64,000 nucleotides of DNA from Myxococcota bacterium (GTDB lineage Bacteria > Myxococcota_A > Bradymonadia > UBA7976 > UBA1532), in contig JAYZEG010000058.1 of the NCBI GenBank assembly GCA_036337435.1, positions 64,001-128,000 of the forward strand. The letters run 5' to 3'. A program made the position numbers and the translations under genes. Of this stretch, positions 57,576-64,000 are shown in pieces. Numbering within the stretch: the first letter of the stretch is position 1; each line of letters starts with the position of its first letter. Below the pieces are notes generated by a model that was not told where the DNA came from, did not search any database, and was given only the letters and a program-made list of their open reading frames with translations.

Positions 57576-58021
57576 TGCTTAGGCGAATTCTCGGCATTGA
57601 TGTCGGCACAAAGCGAATCGGGCTGGCACTCAGTGACCCAACGCATACCATCGCAACGCCGTTTGAAACACTCCACCGTACAACGCCTGAGAAAGACATT
57701 GAAACACTCATCGATTGGATCCAACAAGAAAGTGTGTCGAAAATTGTCGTGGGCTGGCCGCTTGAGACAAGTGGACGGGAAGGGCGATTAGCAAAAAAAG
57801 TCCAGCGACTGATCGATGATCTGACGGAAAAAACCGATTTGCCTATTATGAAATGGGACGAACGAATGAGTTCCGTAGCTGCAGAACGGTCTCTGATCGC
57901 AGGCGGTACGCGCCGACTTGCGCGCAGAAACCTAGTTGACAAAGTGGCCGCATCAATCATCCTACAAGGCTGGTTGGACGCCGAGATGAACAAGGATAAG
58001 AACAGCAGCAATGTCGTTTAA
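57575..58021 (+). CDS. ruvX: YqgF/RuvX nuclease (pre-16S rRNA processing / putative resolvase)
   Basis: LGIDVGTKRIGLALSD, VVGWP, WDERMSS, VDKVAASIILQ. Confidence 0.93.
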   Translation: MLRRILGIDVGTKRIGLALSDPTHTIATPFETLHRTTPEKDIETLIDWIQQESVSKIVVGWPLETSGREGRLAKKVQRLIDDLTEKTDLPIMKWDERMSSVAAERSLIAGGTRRLARRNLVDKVAASIILQGWLDAEMNKDKNSSNVV

Positions 58022-59003
58022 GGCCATTTTTTTTGGACTCATTATAGCCACTGTTGGCATCAGCATTTACATTCATAATCGGATGAGTTTTCTCGATGAA
58101 CCCATCACTCAATCAGACACTCCGATTCGTATCGAAGTCGCAAAAGGGATGAGTTTTAAACAACTGGTCGCGCGACTGGCTCAAAGGAAGGTCATCTCTG
58201 ATGGGACTGTCTTCGAACTCTTTGCTCGTTTCTCGAACCAGGATCGGGCAATTAAGGCCGGGCATTATCTGATTAGAGGCGATATTACGCCGAGAAGACT
58301 GCTCAAGGAGTTAACTCAAGGACAACCGGAAAAGAGTGTTCGAGTCACGCTCCCTGAAGGATGGAATCGATGGCAGATTGCAGACCGGCTTACTGAGTTA
58401 AAATTGGTTAATCGAGACCGATTTTTGAGGCGGGTTGAGCTGGAGCGACTCGAGGGACGTTTGTTTCCCGATACATACAGGTTTGCTGCAAAAGCCGACA
58501 CTGACGGCGTAATTGATCGACTTCTAAGTAGGCACAATTCCGTCTGGACACAGATAAAACTCCGTGGCCATGAGCAACCAACTACATTCTCAGATGATGA
58601 GCTCATCAACATGGCATCGATGGCTCAGAAAGAATCCGGTCATTTAGATGAACAGAGAAAAATTATTCGTGTTTTCTTAAACCGGCTTAAAAAAGGTATG
58701 AAACTTCAAAGCGATCCAACATGCGTCTACGACTCTCGTCTCTACAAAACTAAGCCGAGCCCAGCGACATGCAAAGACAAGGAAAATCCATACAGCACCT
58801 ATGTCATTAGGGGCTTACCACCGACGCCAATCGGAAACCCGGGCGCGTCAGCTCTCAAGGCCGCTATGCACCCATTTGACGGAACAAGAGCCGACAAAAT
58901 CCTATTCTTTGTAGCTCGCCGAGACGGCTCAAAACGACACTATTTCAGCGAAACATACCAGGAACACAAAGCAGCAGTGGAACGTTATCTCAAAGAGAAA
59001 TAA
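58011..59003 (+). CDS. mltG: Endolytic transglycosylase MltG
   Basis: N-terminal TM, TLPEG, EGRLFPDTY, FLNRL..GM.LQSDPT, YSTY..GLPPTPIGNPG, HYFS. Confidence 0.92.
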   Translation: MSFKAIFFGLIIATVGISIYIHNRMSFLDEPITQSDTPIRIEVAKGMSFKQLVARLAQRKVISDGTVFELFARFSNQDRAIKAGHYLIRGDITPRRLLKELTQGQPEKSVRVTLPEGWNRWQIADRLTELKLVNRDRFLRRVELERLEGRLFPDTYRFAAKADTDGVIDRLLSRHNSVWTQIKLRGHEQPTTFSDDELINMASMAQKESGHLDEQRKIIRVFLNRLKKGMKLQSDPTCVYDSRLYKTKPSPATCKDKENPYSTYVIRGLPPTPIGNPGASALKAAMHPFDGTRADKILFFVARRDGSKRHYFSETYQEHKAAVERYLKEK

Positions 59004-59008
59004 GCCGG

Positions 59009-59950
59009 TTAAGAGCGTACTTTCTTTTCCACCCAATCGACATATTCAAGTCCAATATCGACGCCGGTTAACTCGCTAATTTCTCGGATTCCGGTTGGGC
59101 TGGTGACGTTAATTTCAGTCAGATAGTCTCCAATAAGATCCAGTCCAACAAACCAAAGTCCGTCCTGTCTCAACCGGGGACCTATCTTCGCACAGATTGC
59201 GCGGTCCCGTTCGGACAGTTCCACATGTTCGACTTGACCACCCACGTGTATATTACCTCGGTTCTCATTCTCTTGCGGTACACGGATGATCGCCCCTCGA
59301 ACCTCTCCATCCAACAGTATAATCCGCTTATCTCCAGTACGAGCAGCAGGAATATAGTCCTGGGCTATGACCCATCGACGACCGTTTTCCGTAAGGGTCT
59401 CGACAACACTGGCTGCGTTGCGATCATCTGGGGATACAACGAAGATGCCCGCCCCCCCATGTCCATCAACAGGTTTTAATACAGTTTCTCTCGGCCGCAT
59501 CCTAATCTGCGTCAGAAGATCATCACAATTTCGGCTTACATAGGTGTCAGGACAGAGGTCTGGAAAAAACTGAGCATATAGTTTTTCATTGGCGAATCTA
59601 ATGCCCGTTGTTGAATTGACGACAAGCGTCTCGTCGTCGACCAAATCGAGAATGTGCGTCGCATGGAGGTATGCACGGTCAACGGGCGGATCTTTACGCA
59701 TCCAAACGGTGTCAAATGATGAAAGATACGATTTTTCCCATGGTCCGGTTTCAAATGCAGCTGTCGAAGTCGTATCTATATGAATGCGGGCATAAACAGC
59801 GGCACCAAACCCGTTTTGCACGTAGAGTTGAGATTGGTCACAATAAAAGACATCGTGACCACGGGACTGAGCTGCAATGATAAAACCGACCGTTGTGTCT
59901 TTCGCGAGATCGGCATCTTCTATAGGATCCATAACAATGAGAATACGCAT
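59009..59950 (-). CDS. gshB: Glutathione synthetase
   Basis: MDP, KDTT, MRKDPP, NEKL, KP.DG.GG, GDKRI, RGN..GG, TEINVTSPTG. Confidence 0.95.
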   Translation of the reverse strand: MRILIVMDPIEDADLAKDTTVGFIIAAQSRGHDVFYCDQSQLYVQNGFGAAVYARIHIDTTSTAAFETGPWEKSYLSSFDTVWMRKDPPVDRAYLHATHILDLVDDETLVVNSTTGIRFANEKLYAQFFPDLCPDTYVSRNCDDLLTQIRMRPRETVLKPVDGHGGAGIFVVSPDDRNAASVVETLTENGRRWVIAQDYIPAARTGDKRIILLDGEVRGAIIRVPQENENRGNIHVGGQVEHVELSERDRAICAKIGPRLRQDGLWFVGLDLIGDYLTEINVTSPTGIREISELTGVDIGLEYVDWVEKKVRS

Positions 59951-60042
59951 AGTTTTTAACGTCTCCGTTGAATGCCCAGGGTATTATCGCCGTATTGTCA
60001 CCGATTGTGATAAACAAATTTCCGATGCAGGGTAAATTTACT

Positions 60043-60654
60043 ATGAAGTCGACTCAGTTCGGATTGCTATTTCTATTGATTGCGTTGGCTTGTGCAGCCT
60101 CTTACGCGCAACCGACAAAGCAAACTCAACAAGTCAAAGAGTCAGTAACAACCAAGGATGACGCCACGCGGCCCACTTCAAAATCCGCCAACACGACCAA
60201 TCAAGACGACAAAGTGCCACCAAAGTCTGAATCTGGACAATCGGAAAAGCTGTCCGCTATCCCAGGCAAAGCAGCACCAGTGGACTCCGATTGGCATGGA
60301 CGAGCAGAAAAGTGGTTTACATCAACAGACAAAAAAGAGCGTCGAAAAGCCATGAGGCAATTTACGCGCGCACTCCGAAAGCCATGCAAGTTTTGCCACA
60401 CTACGGATTTTAAGGGCTATACGGATCGATTGCTGATTTCGCAGCAAATGATGGCTATGACTGTTGAACATGGAGTTGAATGCAAAGATTGCCATGCCGG
60501 AAAAGATGGTTTTACGAAAATGGGGCAAACCAGTGAAAAGATGTGGCAATTGGTTCATAAGAAGAAGGTTTTCTGTGAGCATTGTCACGTGCCAAAAAAT
60601 CGTTTTCAAAAGCTGACGCCGGAAGGCCAATTGTTCAAAGACAGTGGTCCCTGA
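60043..60654 (+). CDS. Secreted triheme cytochrome c
   Basis: Signal peptide (SYA), disordered linker, three CxxCH motifs (CKFCH, CKDCH, CEHCH). Confidence 0.85.
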   Translation: MKSTQFGLLFLLIALACAASYAQPTKQTQQVKESVTTKDDATRPTSKSANTTNQDDKVPPKSESGQSEKLSAIPGKAAPVDSDWHGRAEKWFTSTDKKERRKAMRQFTRALRKPCKFCHTTDFKGYTDRLLISQQMMAMTVEHGVECKDCHAGKDGFTKMGQTSEKMWQLVHKKKVFCEHCHVPKNRFQKLTPEGQLFKDSGP

Positions 60655-60773
60655 GTGATGTCGAACTTCATCAGAAAGCTCAACCGTAGCGTCGCTCACC
60701 GGGTGCTTAACGTGTGCAGCCACAACCGGATCTTGTCACTGGTTGAGACAATGACCCGGTTGCAAGCTCAGGG
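60649..60773 (-). ncRNA. Candidate structured non-coding RNA (multi-stem junction, possible pseudoknot)
   Basis: Closing stem ccctgag/ctcaggg; 17-bp hairpin at 60721-60764 whose mismatches become G-U pairs on the minus strand; tgatg/catca hairpin; loop complementary to 60679-60685. Confidence 0.4.
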
Positions 60774-60825
60774 CTGGAAATGGAATCGGATTGGATTCAA
60801 AAGCACCGTAAATATCGAATCAGAA

Positions 60826-61542
60826 TTAACGTCCATCGAGACGTCTACGGTAGATGGCCGGTGCAAACCAAATGAAAGCAAGGCAGAGGATGATCACCGA
60901 GCCGATGAGCATTAGCATGTCTTTATGGTCGCTGAAGACAGCCCCTGCCGATGGGTCGGGTAAGGGTCTAAGCGAATCATCGCCACCAGGGCTCGCCCAG
61001 GTCATTGACACGCCGTCATCGGATTCCAATTTGACCCCGAGCAGAATATTTTTTTGATCGTAGTCTAGACGAATCCCCAAGTCATCAAGACCAACAGTAA
61101 GGCCTTTGTTCGCAATGGCCTCGAGTAGGCCTGGTCTAAACTCCTTAAACTCTCGCCTAAAGGCATCGACATTTCCCTCACTAAACCAGCGCGTCATATT
61201 GTCATCACCGATTTTTGATACAAATGTCTTTGCCTGAGCTTCAACCACCTCTTTTAATCCAACGGCTCGATTGCGATGAGTGACTTCAAACCAAATTGGC
61301 AAAACCACCACACAGATGGTCAGCAAAACGATGCCAACCGTTAACTTCATCTTAGTCCGTTCAAGCCACTCTAGGAAATGTGACCGCGTCCCCTGGTCTG
61401 CCATTGGCACGGTTGAGACCTGCCCAAGACGTTCGTCATCCAAGATCGCGCGGGCTGCCAGACGAGTGTCGACGCTGAGGTGTTCAGAGACACGTGAGTT
61501 TTGTGGTGGTTTCGATGAGTGAGAGTGTCTGTCTTTGACCAT
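60826..61542 (-). CDS. Hypothetical two-TM membrane protein
   Basis: Hydrophobic segments LTVGIVLLTICVVVLPIW and MLMLIGSVIILCLAFIWF flanking a soluble loop. Confidence 0.7.
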   Translation of the reverse strand: MVKDRHSHSSKPPQNSRVSEHLSVDTRLAARAILDDERLGQVSTVPMADQGTRSHFLEWLERTKMKLTVGIVLLTICVVVLPIWFEVTHRNRAVGLKEVVEAQAKTFVSKIGDDNMTRWFSEGNVDAFRREFKEFRPGLLEAIANKGLTVGLDDLGIRLDYDQKNILLGVKLESDDGVSMTWASPGGDDSLRPLPDPSAGAVFSDHKDMLMLIGSVIILCLAFIWFAPAIYRRRLDGR

Positions 61543-61617
61543 ATATTTTGCCTGTATTCAGCTTTCTCAATACTACCCATGTTCGAAAGATAATCGAAAG
61601 AAATTAACAACTGTTAT

Positions 61618-63468
61618 TCAAGCATCATCGTCGGGCTTTAAATGACGGAGAATCGTTTCTGCCAGGGCCGGGCTGAAGCCTTTCAGCTCGGAAATGGTTC
61701 GAGACGATGCAGCTTTAATCCCCTTCAGGCTGCCGAAATGTCGCAATAGTATTTTTCGACGCCCTGGCCCTACACCTGGAATCTCATCCAAGGCACTCTT
61801 AAAGTTTCGGCCGATACGTCGCTTCCGGTGAAAGTTAATGGCAAAGCGATGTGCCTCATCGCGGAGTTGGGTCATTAGAAAATACTCGTGCGTATTTGAC
61901 CGAAGAATAATGGGTTCTCGGATGCCAGGAATAAATACCCGCTCTGACGTTTTCAGGACGCCACCATCAGCGTCGTTGACGCCGTCGATAACGCGTGCCT
62001 TCGCAAGGGAAACAACATCCAGACCATCAATTTTAAGTTCCTCGAGTACCGAGCGGGCGACGTTGAGCTGCCCTTTTCCTCCATCAACAACGATTAACTG
62101 GGGTAAGTCAGCCTTGGCCAGGCCACTTTTGAGCCGCCGAGTAAGAACCTCCCGCATCATCCCATAATCATCAGTTCCTTCAACAGTCTTGATCTTGTAT
62201 TGCCGATAGCGACTTCGCTTTGGTGAACCACCTTCGAAGGCTACGCACGAGGCAACGGGCTCCGTGCCCTGAAAGAGAGAAATATCAAAGCATTCAATTT
62301 GGTGAGGAACGTTAGTGAGCTTTAATTTTTCTTTAAGCCTCACTAAGCCGCCATCACGGGCCGAGAGATCGCGCCGGGCTTGAAAATAGGCATGTTCAGC
62401 GTTTTTGTTTGCTGTCTCTAATAATCTCTTATTCGCCCCCCTCTTGGGAAGCTTGAGCTGTACACGTCTGCCTTTTAATTCGGAGACGTACGCCTCGACC
62501 ACATCCCGATTAGAAATAGATACCGGGAGCAGAACCTCATCAGGCATCGCAGCTCCACTGTTATAGTAGAGGTTTACGAAGGTACTTAGCAGTTCCGAAT
62601 CTGGAATTCCGTGCTCCACGAAATCAAAGGTTCTTGAGCCGACCATTTTGCCGCGGCGCACGAACAAAATGGAGACCTGCAATGAAGCCCCCTCTCGATA
62701 AATGCCGAAAACGTCTTGGTCTAACTGACGGATTTGAACCATATTTTGATCTTCTAGACTCCCTCGAATCGCCCGAAGTTGGTCGCGGTATCGGGCCGCA
62801 CTCTCGTACTCTAATGCCTGAGATGCTTGCTCCATTTTTTCCTTTAAACTGCGAACAAGCTCGTCTTCGCGCCCTTGAAGAAATCGAATAACGTCTTGAA
62901 CATGGTTGTCATATTGCCGGTGGTCAACAGGCAGCACACAAGGTCCAGGACATCGTTTAATTTGGTATTGAAGACAAGGACGTGCCCTATTTTTGAAGGT
63001 CAAATCATCACAGTTTCGTAAACCAAAGTGTTGTTCGATGAGTTTTAATGTCTGCCTAATTTTACTCGCAGAATGATAGGGGCCAAAATATTGGGCTCCA
63101 TCTTTTCGTGGGCTACGAACCACATCGATCTTTGGCCACTTTGTGGACGCGTCTATCCGCAGGTGTAAGAAATTTTTATCGTCCTTCAGATTGACGTTGA
63201 ACCTGGGCTGGTGCCGTTTGATGAGTTCATTTTCAAGAATTAATGCTTCTTTTGCATTGGCTGTAATGATCAGGTCTATGTCGTTTAGGTACTCATCTAG
63301 CAGTGCGACAAAGAATCGTGTGTCACTGGTTTGACCGAAATACTGCTTGACCCGATTTCTGAGGTTATTGGCCTTTCCAACGTAGATGACCTCGCCGGAC
63401 TGGTCTTTCATGATGTAGACACCCGGATCCTTTGGAAAGCGATCCAGATTGCTTCGATCAAATGACAT
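61618..63468 (-). CDS. uvrC: Excinuclease ABC subunit C
   Basis: PGVY..YVGKA GIY-YIG, FGPY, CLQYQI.RC, IECFDIS, VDGGKGQ, RDEAHRFA, HhH IPGVG. Confidence 0.97.
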   Translation of the reverse strand: MSFDRSNLDRFPKDPGVYIMKDQSGEVIYVGKANNLRNRVKQYFGQTSDTRFFVALLDEYLNDIDLIITANAKEALILENELIKRHQPRFNVNLKDDKNFLHLRIDASTKWPKIDVVRSPRKDGAQYFGPYHSASKIRQTLKLIEQHFGLRNCDDLTFKNRARPCLQYQIKRCPGPCVLPVDHRQYDNHVQDVIRFLQGREDELVRSLKEKMEQASQALEYESAARYRDQLRAIRGSLEDQNMVQIRQLDQDVFGIYREGASLQVSILFVRRGKMVGSRTFDFVEHGIPDSELLSTFVNLYYNSGAAMPDEVLLPVSISNRDVVEAYVSELKGRRVQLKLPKRGANKRLLETANKNAEHAYFQARRDLSARDGGLVRLKEKLKLTNVPHQIECFDISLFQGTEPVASCVAFEGGSPKRSRYRQYKIKTVEGTDDYGMMREVLTRRLKSGLAKADLPQLIVVDGGKGQLNVARSVLEELKIDGLDVVSLAKARVIDGVNDADGGVLKTSERVFIPGIREPIILRSNTHEYFLMTQLRDEAHRFAINFHRKRRIGRNFKSALDEIPGVGPGRRKILLRHFGSLKGIKAASSRTISELKGFSPALAETILRHLKPDDDA

Positions 63469-63470
63469 GC

Positions 63471-64000
63471 TCAGCCCACGACCAAGAGTAACTTTTGGAG
63501 TGCCTTCATTTCATCACGTAATCGTGCCGCCTCCTCAAACTCATGCGCCTCCGCATGTGCGAGCATCTTAGATTTTGTTTCGGCGATCAGTCGTTGAACC
63601 TCGGCTGGTTCGTCTAAACCGTCCATTTTCAAATTCGCTGTCTGAAGGGATTCGCCGGAATCCGGCATCATGCCGCGCACGACTTCTTCGATGTCATCGA
63701 TCTGCTTCCGGACCGTCCGTGGAACAATTCCATGTTCTTCATTGTGGGCTATCTGAATAGCTCGTCGACGCTCCGTCTCTTGCAGAGCCGCCTTCATCGA
63801 ATCGGTCATTCGGTCTGCGTAGAGAATCACCCGACCTTCTGCATTTCGAGCTGCTCGGCCAATGGTTTGAATGAGAGACGTTCGGTTCCTCAGAAAGCCT
63901 TCCTTATCAGCATCCAAGATGGCGACGAGACCAACCTCCGGTAAATCGAGACCTTCCCTCAACAAATTGATACCGACAAGGATATCGAATTTACCGAGTC
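63471..64000 (-). CDS. uvrB: Excinuclease ABC subunit B (3' part; runs off the window)
   Basis: [29 protein letters not shown]-terminal [13 protein letters not shown]. Confidence 0.96.
   Translation of the reverse strand, partial: LGKFDILVGINLLREGLDLPEVGLVAILDADKEGFLRNRTSLIQTIGRAARNAEGRVILYADRMTDSMKAALQETERRRAIQIAHNEEHGIVPRTVRKQIDDIEEVVRGMMPDSGESLQTANLKMDGLDEPAEVQRLIAETKSKMLAHAEAHEFEEAARLRDEMKALQKLLLVVG

Noticed and set aside
58600..58640. MltG motif reads ASMAQKES rather than ASIxEKE, suggesting inactivation
   Set aside because: The second Glu, which I believe is the catalytic one, and the LQSDPT/GLPPTPI motifs are retained; needs an alignment to settle.
60651..60678. Hammerhead-like CUGA..GAAA and CUGAUGA strings
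   Set aside because: Core spacing is non-canonical on the plus strand and GAAA is missing after CUGAUGA on the minus strand.
60655..60915. 86-aa plus-strand ORF after the cytochrome gene
   Set aside because: Overlaps a convergent gene, has no recognisable motif, and the region is better explained by RNA structure; not strictly excluded.

Overview
Gene-dense chromosomal window, mostly core genes, from a probable Myxococcota-like (myxobacteria-related) bacterium with moderate GC (about 50-55% by eye). The taxonomic call is inferred from the gene repertoire: a Hanks kinase with PEGA, two PP2C phosphatases, an FHA protein, PEGA/TPR proteins, paired RdgC-like genes, paired ArsA-like ATPases, and ispA-tlyA without dxs. 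Housekeeping genes include manC/manB, rne, punA, hit, ttcA, moaB, xseAB, ispA, tlyA, folA, thyA, ruvX/yqgF, mltG, gshB, uvrC and the 3' end of uvrB. I found no rRNA, tRNA, CRISPR array, transposase, integrase or phage gene. The most notable items are: (1) a ~125-nt multi-stem structured RNA candidate with a possible pseudoknot at 60.65-60.77 kb; (2) RNase E with a ~700-aa basic tail ending in histone-H1-like ATKKTA repeats, preceded by a hairpin-rich leader and a very acidic disordered protein; (3) an ECF sigma/anti-sigma unit divergent from a DUF4175-like/metallopeptidase/MoxR/DUF58/BatA operon, with ECF-type promoter motifs facing both ways; (4) an apparently intact LarA-family nickel-pincer enzyme heading an envelope gene run; (5) a triheme cytochrome c and a five-repeat, probably Ca-binding lipoprotein. 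All family calls come from motif recognition by eye; no searches were run.
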